Positions 1 to 10,715 of a stretch of 64,000 nucleotides of DNA are shown piece by piece. How positions within the stretch are numbered: the stretch's first letter is position 1; the number at the start of each line of letters is the position of its first letter. Source of the stretch: Spirochaetia bacterium. GTDB taxonomy: Bacteria; Spirochaetota; Spirochaetia; UBA9216. The notes beneath the pieces are model-generated. The model had not been told where the DNA came from. It searched no databases and was given only the letters and a program-made list of their open reading frames with translations. A program made the translations under genes and the position numbers. The stretch is from the NCBI GenBank assembly GCA_963677925.2, contig CAXXYH010000001.1, forward strand, positions 32,001-96,000. Direction: 5' to 3'.

Positions 1-301
1 CAAGAGAGAATACCTGAAATCCGCCGCTGTCGGTAAGTATATTATGCTTCCAGTTACTGAACTTGTGTACTCCGCCGAACTCAAGAAACAGATCCATGCC
101 CGGACGAAGATACAGGTGGTAAGTATTGGCAAGAATGAGCTTGAATCCGATATTATCAAGGGTTTCATGATGCATACCCTTTACAGTTGCATTTGTTCCT
201 ACCGGCATAAAAACCGGAGTTTCAAGGGAGCCGTGAGGCAGTTCCAGATTTCCGGTTCTGGCGGAAGAGCCTGAATCATTTTTTATAACTTCGAATTTCA
301 A
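1..301 (-). CDS. tgt: Queuine tRNA-ribosyltransferase (tRNA-guanine transglycosylase), 5' part; runs off the window edge
   Basis: Not in the ORF track. Manual translation from TTG at 301 (GGAG upstream): [42 protein letters not shown]...[13 protein letters not shown]...[13 protein letters not shown], which carries the Tgt motifs TPxFMPVGT, NTYHL and DSGGFQ. Confidence 0.95.
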   Translation of the reverse strand, partial: MKFEVIKNDSGSSARTGNLELPHGSLETPVFMPVGTNATVKGMHHETLDNIGFKLILANTYHLYLRPGMDLFLEFGGVHKFSNWKHNILTDSGGFQVFSL

Positions 302-329
302 CTAATACTCCATAAATAAGAATGATTTA

Positions 330-1415
330 TTACGAATGCGACCATCGATAGGCAAAGAATCCAAGTATGCAGAAAAAGATAAATGGTGACCAGGCACCGG
401 CAGCCGGTGAAATATAACCCAGGTTAGCAAGGATAACCAGAACCATCTGCATTACATAGTATACTACAGATATGATAAGACTTGTAAGCAGACTCATCAA
501 GAGGATATTTTTCCTGAACCTCCCTCCTATGGCAGCAGACAGCAGACTTACTATAAATGGGGTCAGAGCAAAAGAAAATCTCTTGTAATAAGCTGTAAGG
601 GCTTCTCTGTAAGGCAGACCGGCTTTCTGAAGCGCTTCAATCCATAATGAGGCATCTTTAAGCTGCATTTCTTCAACATCCCGCACAACCTTTCGAAATG
701 TAAAGGGAGCTGCGTCGTATAATTCATTGGTAAACTTGTCTATATAATCAATTTCATAAAAACCGGTATCGGAATTCAGAGAATATATCCTGCAGCGGTT
801 AAATTCCCAGAGTAATTTTTCCTCATTCCATTTTGCATATTCAGCACTTAAACTCTGTATCAGATTACCTTCAGAATCTCGTTCTATAAGAGTTAAATTA
901 GTAAGATTAGTTTCATTATCATTATAAAAATCGGCGCTGTAGATAACCCTTCCATTCTGATCAATTACTGTCGGATTGCTGTTATTAAGACTTTCAGAAC
1001 GTCGAAGCATCTGATTGGATAGATCATTTTTCATTTTGTAGGTTTCTATAACAAGATTTTCCTCAAAAGCAAATGAAAACACACTGAGTATAAGTCCTGC
1101 AAAAATTAAAGGAAGAACAAACCTGAATAGTGGAACTCCGGAACCGAAAACTGCAATAAGTTCATTGTTGGAATAGAAGTTTCCAAGAGTATATGATACA
1201 GCAAACAATAGTGCCATTGGAATTGAAAATGAAATACACTTTGGAATATATAATACAAATACAGAAACTATCTGGATTAATGGGGTCTCATTATCAATAT
1301 ACCGCCAGAGGTTGGCGAACAAATCGACCATCTCAAGGATTAGAACAAAAAACATTACAGCGACCAGTAGTGTCGGTAAAAACTGTCTGATGATCATTCT
1401 ATCTAATGTATTCAA
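330..1415 (-). CDS. lptG: LptF/LptG (YjgP/YjgQ) family permease, LptG-like
   Basis: 3 TM + periplasmic domain + 3 TM layout; NELIAVFGSGVP corresponds to the family NE..A....G.s motif; overlaps its upstream paralogue by 4 bp. Confidence 0.85.
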   Translation of the reverse strand: MNTLDRMIIRQFLPTLLVAVMFFVLILEMVDLFANLWRYIDNETPLIQIVSVFVLYIPKCISFSIPMALLFAVSYTLGNFYSNNELIAVFGSGVPLFRFVLPLIFAGLILSVFSFAFEENLVIETYKMKNDLSNQMLRRSESLNNSNPTVIDQNGRVIYSADFYNDNETNLTNLTLIERDSEGNLIQSLSAEYAKWNEEKLLWEFNRCRIYSLNSDTGFYEIDYIDKFTNELYDAAPFTFRKVVRDVEEMQLKDASLWIEALQKAGLPYREALTAYYKRFSFALTPFIVSLLSAAIGGRFRKNILLMSLLTSLIISVVYYVMQMVLVILANLGYISPAAGAWSPFIFFCILGFFAYRWSHS

Positions 1416-2680
1416 TGGCGAAACCTCAGTAGTGAAAATATCAGAGCTGCAGCTATGATTACAATATCAGGCATCCACATCGTCAATATCGGAATAGAAT
1501 CGTTTTGTATCCCGAATGTCTGTCCAGCAAACAGAAGTCCCCAGTAAGCGACAGCAACAAGCAGTCCTATACCGAAGCCTACAGAGCGGCCGCTTCTTTT
1601 GGTGAAAAGTCCAACAGGAAATGCAAACAATACAAAGGCAAAGCAGGCAAAGGGCAATGAAAACTTTTTATAGTATTCAACAAGGTATATTTTTAATGAA
1701 CGATCACTAATGTTCTTATTCAGTCTGTTTCTGTAATCTTCAAGATTAGAACTCATTATTTTAAAGTCGAAATCAGGCGGAAACTGAGAAACAGCCGTAT
1801 AGTATTCAGAGGCTAAAGTATATCCTGAAAGTTCAGCACTCCTGAGGTTTGAGAGAATCTTGGAATCAAGCGAACCCTCTTTTTTAAGGATTTCAGCTTT
1901 AACATCTCTGGAACTCATTTCCCTCGGCCCGGGTGATTTCATTGAAAAGGAAATATCCTTTAGAAGGATATTATAAACCATGGACTTTGATGTGAGATAA
2001 TCAAAATCATTCTTCTTCTTTTGATCAAAGGTCTGAATGAATACACCATTCAGTTCAAGAGAAATTACACCGTTCTGCTCTTCAAGCTTGTTGAGGGATG
2101 CAGAATCAGCAAGAATGATACGTCTGTCTTTTTCTGGAGTTTTATCCATGATCACAAGATCATAGATTACGTTATTTTCAATTTTTCCTGTGATTATTGT
2201 ACTTTTCTGGTAGCGTTTGATTGAATATGGAGATAATTCAAGTTCAGGATTTGAATATAAGACTTCTCTGTAAAGCTGGCTGAATTTTATATTTCCCATT
2301 GGATAGAATATATCATTCATTAAGAAACTGAATAAGGAAAATACAAGACCTACTACTGCAATAGGAATAAAAAGCCTTATTGCAGGCACTCCACAGGCCT
2401 GAAATGCAAGAACTTCATTATCCGAAGAGAGACGGCCGATAGCCATTAAGGCTCCTACGAGTGAACCGAAGGGGAATGAGAAAGATATTATTGCCGGAAG
2501 GGAATAAATCAGCAGTCTAAGTACAATAAATATACCGATATTTTTAGAAAGTATTTCTTCTGCCATGAGAAGTATCTGATTTACAAAGAAGATAAAGAAA
2601 AAAAATAAAAACGCAACGGTAAATGAAAAGAGAAATTCTTCCGCAACGTATCTGTAAACACTGGTAAACTTTCTACCCAC
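1412..2680 (-). CDS. lptF: LptF/LptG family permease, LptF-like
   Basis: GRLSSDNEVLAFQACGV and KKFSLPFAC...FPVG motifs; tandem with the lptG-like gene. Confidence 0.85.
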   Translation of the reverse strand: MGRKFTSVYRYVAEEFLFSFTVAFLFFFFIFFVNQILLMAEEILSKNIGIFIVLRLLIYSLPAIISFSFPFGSLVGALMAIGRLSSDNEVLAFQACGVPAIRLFIPIAVVGLVFSLFSFLMNDIFYPMGNIKFSQLYREVLYSNPELELSPYSIKRYQKSTIITGKIENNVIYDLVIMDKTPEKDRRIILADSASLNKLEEQNGVISLELNGVFIQTFDQKKKNDFDYLTSKSMVYNILLKDISFSMKSPGPREMSSRDVKAEILKKEGSLDSKILSNLRSAELSGYTLASEYYTAVSQFPPDFDFKIMSSNLEDYRNRLNKNISDRSLKIYLVEYYKKFSLPFACFAFVLFAFPVGLFTKRSGRSVGFGIGLLVAVAYWGLLFAGQTFGIQNDSIPILTMWMPDIVIIAAALIFSLLRFRH

Positions 2681-2702
2681 TTAATTAATTTATCCCTGAT
2701 AC

Positions 2703-3143
2703 TCAGACTCCGGTAGAGCCGAAACCGCCGCTCCCCCTGTCTGTTTCTGAAAGTACTTCTGTTTCTATCAATTCTGCCTGAACAACAGGTGCAAAAACAA
2801 GCTGTGCTATGCGGTCTCCTCGTTTGATCGTAAAATCTTCACTGCTAAGGTTTATCAGAATTATTTTAACTTCACCACGGTAATCGGCATCGATAGTACC
2901 CGGAGTATTCAGAACTGTAATTCCGCTTTTGGCAGCAAGTCCTGATCTGGGTCTTACCTGGGCTTCATAACCGGCTGGTATTTCAAGTCTGATACCGGTT
3001 GGAACCATAACCCGCTGGAGAGGGCTGAGTATAATATCTTCAATAACATCAGCCTTTAAATCAGCTCCTGACGCAAATTCTGAAGAATATACCGGTTCAA
3101 GATTTTCAGTGCAGCTGTATCGTACTTTTAAATTTTTCATCAC
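2703..3143 (-). CDS. dut: dUTP diphosphatase (trimeric dUTPase)
   Basis: [28 protein letters not shown] and [10 protein letters not shown] motifs. Confidence 0.97.
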   Translation of the reverse strand: MMKNLKVRYSCTENLEPVYSSEFASGADLKADVIEDIILSPLQRVMVPTGIRLEIPAGYEAQVRPRSGLAAKSGITVLNTPGTIDADYRGEVKIILINLSSEDFTIKRGDRIAQLVFAPVVQAELIETEVLSETDRGSGGFGSTGV

Positions 3144-3149
3144 GGCTCC

Positions 3150-3180
3150 AAAAAAGAACCCGGTGTCTTACCACCGGGTT
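3150..3180 (-). terminator. Intrinsic terminator after pnp
   Basis: Minus strand AACCCGGTG-GTAAGA-CACCGGGTT followed by CTTTTTT. Confidence 0.8.
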
Positions 3181-3197
3181 TAATTTACCTAAGTAAG

Positions 3198-5318
3198 TTA
3201 TTCTGTTTTTTCATCAGCAGGTTTGTCAGCTTTTTCCTGATCTTCAAGTGCATCAATATAGCTGAGGTTTATTCTGCCCATTCTGTCAATTTCAATAATC
3301 TTAACAGGAATTTCCTGGTTAAGCTGAAGAACATCGCCTACAGCATTAACTCTCTTTCTGGAAAGCCTTGAAATATGACAAAGACCTTCTTTCCCGGGAA
3401 GGAACTCAATAAAAGCACCAAAGTCCATTATTCTCTTTACGACACCCTGGTATAAAGTTCCTACTTCCGGTTCTGCAACAAGGCCTTTAACAACTACCAG
3501 AGCTTCTTCAGCATTCTGACTGTTTTTACCGTAGATGGTTGTCGAACCGTCCTGTTCAATATTGATGTTTACATCATATTTCTCAGAGATAGCTTTAATA
3601 GACTTACCGCCCTGTCCGATTACTGCACCTATTTTATCTTCCGGAATCTTGATATTGATAATTCTCGGGGCAAACTCGGAAACAGTAGAACTTGGCTCAC
3701 TAATTGTTTTACCCATAATATCAAGAATATGCATTCTTCCGCGTTTGGCCTGCTCAAGAGCAGTTTTCATAATCTCGGGGCTTACTCCTGAGATTTTGAT
3801 ATCCATCTGGAAGGCTGTAATACCGTCAGCGGTTCCGCAGACTTTGAAGTCCATGTCTCCGAGGTGATCTTCTTCTCCAAGAATATCGGAAAGAACTACA
3901 GTATTAGTGTTGTCAGTTATCAGACCCATCGCAATACCTGCAACAGGTTTTTTAATAGGAACTCCGGCATTAAGCAGTGAAAGTGTTCCGCTGCAGACTG
4001 TTGCCATTGATGAAGATCCGTTAGATTCAAGTATTTCTGAAACTATCCTTATAGTATAGGGAAAAGATTCTTTAGTCGGGATAACCGCTGCAAGAGCCCG
4101 CTGGGCAAGATGCCCATGGCCAATTTCACGTCGTCCGGTAGAAAGTCTTCCGCACTCACCTACTGAAAAAGGAGGAAAGTTATAATGAAGCATGAAGTTG
4201 GTATATCTCTTATCACCGTCAATATCATCTATCATCTGCTCATCAAAAACAGTTCCAAGTGTAGTTACACCAAGTGACTGTGTTTCGCCTCTTGTAAAAA
4301 GGGCGCTTCCGTGAGTTCTCTGAAGAACACCGATGTCGCATGTGATCTGTCTGATATCTTCAGGACCTCGTCCGTCAGTTCTGAGCTTCTTCTCGAGGAT
4401 AGATTTTCTAACTACGTTGTACTCAATATCTTCCATAAGTGCATCAAAGAGTTTCATTTCATCTTCAGAAAATTCTGCACAGAACTTTTCTTTGGCCTGA
4501 GTTTTAACTGCTTTGATTGCTGCATATCTGGTATGTTTGCCTTTTACAAAGCATGCTTCACTGATAAGCGGTGTAGCAAAGCTTTCTATCTCATCGCGTC
4601 CGGGAAGTTCAAGCTTGGATTCAGTAAGACCAAGTTTTTCCAGTCCGCATTTTTCAGCAAGTTCCTGCTGAATCCGGCAAAGCTGATCAATAACAGCCTT
4701 ACCCTTGTCGATGGCAGTTAAAAGAATTTCTTCAGAAACCTCTTTTGCACCACCCTCAACCATTGTTATACCTTCAGTTGATCCGGCTACAACAATTTCA
4801 AGTTCACTGTTTTCGATCTGTTCAAAGGTCGGGTTTACTGTATATTCCCCGTTTGCATAACAAACTCTGACAGCACCGATAGGTCCGTCAAATGGAATAT
4901 CTGATATTACAACAGCCGCAAAAGAAGCTGCCATTGCAATTACATCCGGCGGATTGACCTGGTCAGATGAAACTACAGTAGGCACTACCTGAATCTCTCT
5001 GCCGAACTCTTTAAAGAAAAGCGGACGCATCGGTCTGTCGATAAGTCTTGAAACAAGAATTTCCTTATCTTTAGGCCGTCCCTCTCTCTTTAAGAAACCA
5101 CCTGGAATTTTTCCGGCAGCATAGTATTTCTCGTTATATTCAACCTGAAGAGGAACATAATCGAGCCCTTCAACCGGTTTATCACCACAGCAGACAGTAG
5201 CAAGTACTGCTGATCCGCCATAAGTTGCGAATACAGCTCCGTTTGCCTGCTTTGCCATCTTTCCGGTTTCAAGAACCAGCTCTTTTCCGTCAATTTCCAG
5301 ACTAACTCTATTTATCAT
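3198..5318 (-). CDS. pnp: Polyribonucleotide nucleotidyltransferase (PNPase)
   Basis: Two RNase PH domains ([29 protein letters not shown]) plus KH and S1 domains. Confidence 0.98.
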   Translation of the reverse strand: MINRVSLEIDGKELVLETGKMAKQANGAVFATYGGSAVLATVCCGDKPVEGLDYVPLQVEYNEKYYAAGKIPGGFLKREGRPKDKEILVSRLIDRPMRPLFFKEFGREIQVVPTVVSSDQVNPPDVIAMAASFAAVVISDIPFDGPIGAVRVCYANGEYTVNPTFEQIENSELEIVVAGSTEGITMVEGGAKEVSEEILLTAIDKGKAVIDQLCRIQQELAEKCGLEKLGLTESKLELPGRDEIESFATPLISEACFVKGKHTRYAAIKAVKTQAKEKFCAEFSEDEMKLFDALMEDIEYNVVRKSILEKKLRTDGRGPEDIRQITCDIGVLQRTHGSALFTRGETQSLGVTTLGTVFDEQMIDDIDGDKRYTNFMLHYNFPPFSVGECGRLSTGRREIGHGHLAQRALAAVIPTKESFPYTIRIVSEILESNGSSSMATVCSGTLSLLNAGVPIKKPVAGIAMGLITDNTNTVVLSDILGEEDHLGDMDFKVCGTADGITAFQMDIKISGVSPEIMKTALEQAKRGRMHILDIMGKTISEPSSTVSEFAPRIINIKIPEDKIGAVIGQGGKSIKAISEKYDVNINIEQDGSTTIYGKNSQNAEEALVVVKGLVAEPEVGTLYQGVVKRIMDFGAFIEFLPGKEGLCHISRLSRKRVNAVGDVLQLNQEIPVKIIEIDRMGRINLSYIDALEDQEKADKPADEKTE

Positions 5319-5338
5319 AAAAAATTCCTAATAATTAA

Positions 5339-5605
5339 TTACTTTCTGAGATTCAGTTTCTTCAAAATCTCCCTGTAAGCTTCCAGATCTGTTCTTTTAA
5401 GATATTTCAGAAAAGTTCTTCTCTGGCCGACCATCTTCAGAAGTCCTCTTCTCGAACTGTGGTCCTTCTTGTGCTCTTTAAAGTGATCAGTTAAATCCTG
5501 AATTCTTGCTGTAAGCAGTGCAATCTGAACCTCGGTTGAACCAGTGTCCTTATCGTTGAGTCCAAATTCTGCTATAATCGCCTGCTTGCGTTCTTTTGTT
5601 AACAT
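5339..5605 (-). CDS. rpsO: 30S ribosomal protein S15
   Basis: [13 protein letters not shown]...[19 protein letters not shown]. Confidence 0.99.
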   Translation of the reverse strand: MLTKERKQAIIAEFGLNDKDTGSTEVQIALLTARIQDLTDHFKEHKKDHSSRRGLLKMVGQRRTFLKYLKRTDLEAYREILKKLNLRK

Positions 5606-5615
5606 TGTATACTCC

Positions 5616-6401
5616 CTACAAAAGATTAAAAATTTTTAGTTTGTCAGATTTAAAATCCGGCAGATTTTCCACTATCAGCCGGTCTTCCGTAATCTGAATC
5701 GTTGTGGCGAAGGTAAAGCCGCTGTTATCGTATTCTACAGCATATCGTCCGAATAACGGCAGCACCTGTTTAATATCTCTTCTCCTGTACCAGGAGGAGT
5801 TATTCTCTATTACGGGACTGATGCCCCCTATGTTTAATTCATGACGGCAGCCTAAAAGCTTTTCTGCAGTATTAAAATCGCCTTCCTCTATGGAATTCCG
5901 TATTCTTGTACTGCTTACCGGTAAATCGCCGTCTATAAGCGGTTCAACGATATCAACCTTTATTCCCTGGGGTTCCAGCTGTTCTCTTGCGATTTCAGAT
6001 GAAGTATCTCCATTCCGCCCCAGCTTATGGTCTTTTCCAAGTACCAGATGGCTGAGTTTCATCGAATCTTTAAGACAATTGAAGAAATCCCTTCCTGACA
6101 GTTTACTGAATTCTGGAGAAAAGTCAATTAGAATGATGGCGGCACAGCCTGCCTCAATAAGCCGTTCAAGCTTCTGTTCATAGGTCAGAATGTCGCCTTT
6201 GTAAAGATCCGGTCTGAAAAGGAGAATAGGATTCGATTTGAATGTAGCAACAACTGGTGATGTGCCTTCCCTGGTTTTCAGACATTCTATCAGCTGCCTA
6301 TGTCCTCTGTGAACTCCGTCAAAAACTCCAACAGTAAGTGAGATCTCCTGTTGCAGAGGAAGCCCGTTTTTCAGTAATTCATTCCATCCAATTATATGCA
6401 T
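5616..6401 (-). CDS. ribF: FAD synthetase (FMN adenylyltransferase) with degenerate riboflavin-kinase module
   Basis: [10 protein letters not shown] and VSSTRIR motifs; located between truB and rpsO; no GRxLGFPTAN kinase motif. Confidence 0.85.
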   Translation of the reverse strand: MHIIGWNELLKNGLPLQQEISLTVGVFDGVHRGHRQLIECLKTREGTSPVVATFKSNPILLFRPDLYKGDILTYEQKLERLIEAGCAAIILIDFSPEFSKLSGRDFFNCLKDSMKLSHLVLGKDHKLGRNGDTSSEIAREQLEPQGIKVDIVEPLIDGDLPVSSTRIRNSIEEGDFNTAEKLLGCRHELNIGGISPVIENNSSWYRRRDIKQVLPLFGRYAVEYDNSGFTFATTIQITEDRLIVENLPDFKSDKLKIFNLL

Positions 6402-6404
6402 AAT

Positions 6405-7304
6405 TTATAAAGTCACCATTAAATATCTGTAATCACCATTAGAATATTCAATAACCGCACATAATGTCTTACCGCTGTATACAGCATAAGTTCCTGCAGA
6501 GTCAGGTTTCTTATCAAAAAATGAATCATCAGGTAGTGACCCGTGGGTTATATCCTGCAGTTTTTCCCGCTTTAAATCGAGTATCCCGATACTCTTGTTA
6601 TGTTTATTGATTGCTTCTATCGCAGCCCTGCTGTCAAGAAAATTTGATTCAGGATTAAATTCCGTTTCACTGACCGCATCGTCAAGGCTGAAAGGGCCAA
6701 CTTCTGTTCGCTGAAGTTCTGTCAGATATGCGCAGGTTCCGCATCTCTGTCCAAGATCCCTTGCAAGTGATCTTATATAAGTACCCTTGGAACAATGTAT
6801 ATCCACGCTTAAGAAAGGGCTTTGCCAGGAAGTTACTTCAAAAGAATAAATATGAATTTCACGGGACGGAATATTTACTTCCTCCCCCTTTAATGCCATT
6901 TTATATGCTCTTTTTCCGTTAACATGGACCGCCGAATATTTGGGAGGTACCTGTTCAATTTTTCCTTTTAGAGTTTCTATCTTTTCGGTTATTAATGTCA
7001 AATCAGGAATCGATCCTGTCTGAGTGACAACTCCTTCCGGATCAAGGGTTTCGGTAGTTTCTCCGAATTTTATCACTGCGCTGTATTTCTTATCAAAGCC
7101 TGAGAATATCTGATTCAGACGTGTATATTTACCGGAAAGAACTACAAGAAGCCCTGATGCAAACTGGTCAAGTGTGCCGGTATGACCTACCTTCACCTTG
7201 TTTCCGGAATGTTCTTTTAAAATTCGTTTTAAACCGTTTAATGCCTTAAAGGATGTAAGGCCGGAAGATTTTTTCAGGAGAATAATCCCGTTTGCTTCGC
7301 TCAA
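6405..7304 (-). CDS. truB: tRNA pseudouridine(55) synthase
   Basis: KVGHTGTLD, QVPPKYSA and CSKGTYIRSLARDLG motifs. Confidence 0.97.
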   Translation of the reverse strand: MSEANGIILLKKSSGLTSFKALNGLKRILKEHSGNKVKVGHTGTLDQFASGLLVVLSGKYTRLNQIFSGFDKKYSAVIKFGETTETLDPEGVVTQTGSIPDLTLITEKIETLKGKIEQVPPKYSAVHVNGKRAYKMALKGEEVNIPSREIHIYSFEVTSWQSPFLSVDIHCSKGTYIRSLARDLGQRCGTCAYLTELQRTEVGPFSLDDAVSETEFNPESNFLDSRAAIEAINKHNKSIGILDLKREKLQDITHGSLPDDSFFDKKPDSAGTYAVYSGKTLCAVIEYSNGDYRYLMVTL

Positions 7305-7309
7305 ATTGA

Positions 7310-7687
7310 CTATTCCGTATTCTCCGTATCAGATTCGGGAGTGATTTCGAGTTCTTCAAGTTTCCTGGTCATCTCAAAACCGTCTTTTATAGAGGTATCG
7401 AATACGAAATGCGGTTTTGGTGTTGACCGGGTATGCATTTTCTTTCCAAGCTGTTTCTGAATAAATCCTGATGCGTGGTTAAGTGCATCAACACATTTCT
7501 TTATCTTATTTTCGTTTTCAAATCCGGAAATGAAAACTTTAGCATGAGAAAGATCATTGGATACTTCAATTCTGGAGATGGAAGCAAGCGTACTAATGCG
7601 CGGGTCTTTTATAACACCGCGCATAATCATACTGCTTATTTCTTCTCTCAGCAGGTTTTCTACCCTGTTCAGTCTGTATTCAGCCAT
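7310..7687 (-). CDS. rbfA: Ribosome-binding factor A
   Basis: IKDPRI...VSNDLSHAKVF...TPKPHFVFD; directly downstream of infB. Confidence 0.97.
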   Translation of the reverse strand: MAEYRLNRVENLLREEISSMIMRGVIKDPRISTLASISRIEVSNDLSHAKVFISGFENENKIKKCVDALNHASGFIQKQLGKKMHTRSTPKPHFVFDTSIKDGFEMTRKLEELEITPESDTENTE

Positions 7688-7702
7688 TTAAAATCTCCTG
7701 AA

Positions 7703-10687
7703 TCAGCTCAGGTTCCTTGCTGTTTCCTTGATGATGAAAACTTCAAACTGGTCGCCGACCTGTACATCAGCATAGTTTTCAATGCCGATACCGCATTCAT
7801 AACCGGCATCAACTTCTTTTGCATCATCTTTAAAGCGTTTGAGTGATGTAATCTTTCCGGAATGGATAATTACACCGTCACGTATAACATGGGCCTGCTC
7901 ATTACGTTTCACCTTACCGGTAAGGACATAACATCCTGCAATAAGTCCGATTTTCGGAACCTTGAAGACATCACGAACTTCAACAGTACCGATGGTCTCT
8001 TCTGATAATTCCGGAGCAAGCATTCCTTCCATGGCTGCTTTTATATCTGCAACAGCATCGTAAATGATGTTGTATTTTCTGATATCAACCTTTTCCTGTT
8101 CAGCAAGAACAAGAGCTTTTGCTGTAGGTCTTACATGGAACCCGATGATAATGGCATTTGACGCAGAAGCAAGTGTTACATCGTTTTCAACAATAGCACC
8201 TGCAGATGCATGAATTGGAACCAGCCTGATTTCATCAGTGCTTAGCTTCTTCAGGCTTGACTGCAGAGCTTCTACGGAACCATGCACATCACCCTTGATA
8301 ATAACCTTGAGTTCCTGAACTGCACCGTCCTGAATGGAATCATAAAGGTTATCAAGCGTAACCTTACTGAGATTTTCAGCCTTGCCAAGCTTTTCAAGTT
8401 CCTGTCGTTTTTCACCTACCTGTCTGGCCGTTCTCTCGTTTTCAGTTACCTGAAATGGAGCACCGGCACTGGCAATACCTGAAAAACCAAGGATTTCAAC
8501 CGGTGTTGCGGGACCTGCTTCATCGATCTTATCACCCTTATCATCAAAAAGGGCTCTAACTTTACCGGGGAAAACTCCAGCAACGAAAGTATCACCGATT
8601 CTAAGTGTTCCTCTTTCTATAATTACAGAAGAAACGATACCGCGTCCCTGATCAACCCTGGATTCGATAACTTTACCTTCTGCACGGCAGTCATAATTAG
8701 CCTTAAGTTCAAGGATTTCAGCCTGTAGAAGAATAGTATCAAGAAGCTCCTGAACACCTGTTCCTTTAAGAGCTGAGATTTCACAGAATAAAGTGGAGCC
8801 GCCCCAGTCTTCAGGGATGAGTTCGTACTCTGAAAGCTGCTGTTTAACCCTGTCCGGGTTTGCTTCGGGCAAATCACATTTGTTTACTGCAATTATAATG
8901 GGTACTTTAGCCTCTTTTGCATGGTTGATAGCTTCAATTGTCTGAGGCATAACTCCGTCATTTGCTGCTACAACAAGAACTACTATATCAGTAACCTGTG
9001 CACCGCGGGCTCGCATAAGAGTAAAGGCTTCATGACCCGGAGTGTCAAGGAATACTATTGAACCCTGGTCGAGAGCTACTTTGTAAGCACCTATGTGCTG
9101 TGTAATTCCACCATGCTCATCTGCGACCTTGTCAGTTTTTCTTATTGCATCAAGGAGTTTTGTTTTACCATGGTCTACATGACCCATGACAGTTACAATT
9201 GGAGATCTCGGTTTAAGATCTGATTCTTCATCCTTTTCGCTTTCAATAATTGTTTCATCATAAAGCGAAACAATTTTTACCTTACAGTTATATTCAGCAG
9301 CAAGTATTTCAGCTGTTTCAGCATCTATCTGCTGATTTATAGTAACCATCATGCCCATACCCATAAGCTTGGCTATGAGTTCTGATGCCTTAAGATTCAT
9401 TTTTCTCGCAAGATCAGAAACTGTAATAACTTCCATCATTTCAATTTCAGAAGGAACCGGGTTTGCACGCTGAACAGTCTTTTTCTTGATTTGAAAATCT
9501 CTTTCCTGAACATCGTCCTTCTTTTTGTAGTCGGTCTTCTTCTTGGTTTTAAAAACCTTTCGCCCTGCGCTCTTCTTGTTTTCCTGTGAATCTGGTGCCG
9601 GACCTGCAGCCCCTGGTCGTCCAGGTCCGCCTGTTCTAGGCCCTCCTGGCCGTCCCGGTCCGCCTGGTCTACCCTGGTATCCGCTTCCGCCCTGGCGATT
9701 GCCCTGGTATCCGCTTCCGCCCTGGCGATTGCCCTGGTATCCGCTTCCGCCCTGGCGATTGCCCTGGTATCCGCTTCCCCCCTGGCGGTTGCCCTGGTAT
9801 CCGCTTCCGCCCTGACGATTGCCCTGGTATCCACCGCCATCGCGATTGCCCTGATAGCCACCGCCCTGACGATTGCCCTGGTATCCACCGCCCTGACGAT
9901 TGCCCTGGTATCCACCGCCGTCGCGGTTGCCCTGATAACCACCGCCCTGACGATTGCCCTGGTATCCACCGCCGTCGCGGTTGCCCTGATAACCACCGCC
10001 CTGACGATTGCCCTGGTATCCACCGCCGTCGCGGTTGCCCTGATAGCCACCGCCCTGACGGTTACCCTGGTATCCACCGCCGTCGCGATTGCCCTGATAG
10101 CCACCGCCCTGACGATTGCCCTGGTATCCACCGCCGTCGCGGTTGCCCTGATAGCCACCGCCCTGACGATTGCCCTGGTATCCACCGCCGTCGCGGTTGC
10201 CTTGATAGCCACCGCCCTGACGATTGCCCTGGTATCCACCGCCCTGGCGATCTCCCTGGTAGGTACTTCTGGTTTCGCTGTTATTGTCCCTGCTGTATTT
10301 TTCTCTGGGACTGTTTTCACGTGTTTCCTGTTTATTGTCAGAAGAAGGTTCAGAAACAGGCGCTGCGGTTTCAGTACTTTCATTAGCCGCCTGATTAGGT
10401 GAATAAAGATCGTCCTGTGCCCTGCCTTTTCTTGAGCCGCCCTGAGGACGCTCGTTTCGACCGGCTGTCTTGGAAGAATCATCAGTACGGACTCGAATAT
10501 TCTTATCCTTGGAGTCGGATGAATCATTTCCTGACGCAGGTACGGCTTTTACTACAGGTTTCTTTTTCTTCTTTACAACAACTACTTTTTTCTTTTCGTT
10601 CTTGGAAGCATCAGATTCCTGCGGCGCCTTCTTGTGTTTAATTAAAGTCGCTTTGGGTAAATTTTTCTTTTCTATTTCTTCTGACAT
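7703..10687 (-). CDS. infB: Translation initiation factor IF-2
   Basis: [30 protein letters not shown] and SLKRFKDD motifs; long low-complexity N-terminus. Confidence 0.99.
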   Translation of the reverse strand: MSEEIEKKNLPKATLIKHKKAPQESDASKNEKKKVVVVKKKKKPVVKAVPASGNDSSDSKDKNIRVRTDDSSKTAGRNERPQGGSRKGRAQDDLYSPNQAANESTETAAPVSEPSSDNKQETRENSPREKYSRDNNSETRSTYQGDRQGGGYQGNRQGGGYQGNRDGGGYQGNRQGGGYQGNRDGGGYQGNRQGGGYQGNRDGGGYQGNRQGGGYQGNRDGGGYQGNRQGGGYQGNRDGGGYQGNRQGGGYQGNRDGGGYQGNRQGGGYQGNRQGGGYQGNRDGGGYQGNRQGGSGYQGNRQGGSGYQGNRQGGSGYQGNRQGGSGYQGNRQGGSGYQGRPGGPGRPGGPRTGGPGRPGAAGPAPDSQENKKSAGRKVFKTKKKTDYKKKDDVQERDFQIKKKTVQRANPVPSEIEMMEVITVSDLARKMNLKASELIAKLMGMGMMVTINQQIDAETAEILAAEYNCKVKIVSLYDETIIESEKDEESDLKPRSPIVTVMGHVDHGKTKLLDAIRKTDKVADEHGGITQHIGAYKVALDQGSIVFLDTPGHEAFTLMRARGAQVTDIVVLVVAANDGVMPQTIEAINHAKEAKVPIIIAVNKCDLPEANPDRVKQQLSEYELIPEDWGGSTLFCEISALKGTGVQELLDTILLQAEILELKANYDCRAEGKVIESRVDQGRGIVSSVIIERGTLRIGDTFVAGVFPGKVRALFDDKGDKIDEAGPATPVEILGFSGIASAGAPFQVTENERTARQVGEKRQELEKLGKAENLSKVTLDNLYDSIQDGAVQELKVIIKGDVHGSVEALQSSLKKLSTDEIRLVPIHASAGAIVENDVTLASASNAIIIGFHVRPTAKALVLAEQEKVDIRKYNIIYDAVADIKAAMEGMLAPELSEETIGTVEVRDVFKVPKIGLIAGCYVLTGKVKRNEQAHVIRDGVIIHSGKITSLKRFKDDAKEVDAGYECGIGIENYADVQVGDQFEVFIIKETARNLS
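9673..10262 (-). repeat. Coding tandem repeat in infB: about 16 x 27 bp (GGGYQGNR[Q/D]) then about 5 x 30 bp ([10 protein letters not shown])
   Basis: Visible on the plus strand as repeated gccctgacgattgccctggtatccacc / gccgtcgcggttgccctgatagccacc; Q and D units mostly alternate, giving a 54-bp higher-order period. Confidence 0.97.
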
Positions 10688-10715
10688 AAAATTCCTTCAA
10701 ACAGCGTGTTTGTTT

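Noticed and set aside
44-274. 76-aa plus-strand ORF
   Set aside because: Antisense shadow of tgt.
9673-10262. Regular 27-30-bp repeats as a CRISPR array
   Set aside because: No unique spacers, unit lengths are multiples of 3, the repeats are in frame within infB, and there are no cas genes.
9436-10527. 363-aa alternative-frame ORF (RAVDTRAIV repeats) and antisense [11 protein letters not shown]
   Set aside because: Shadows of the stop-free infB repeat; no independent RBS or domain.
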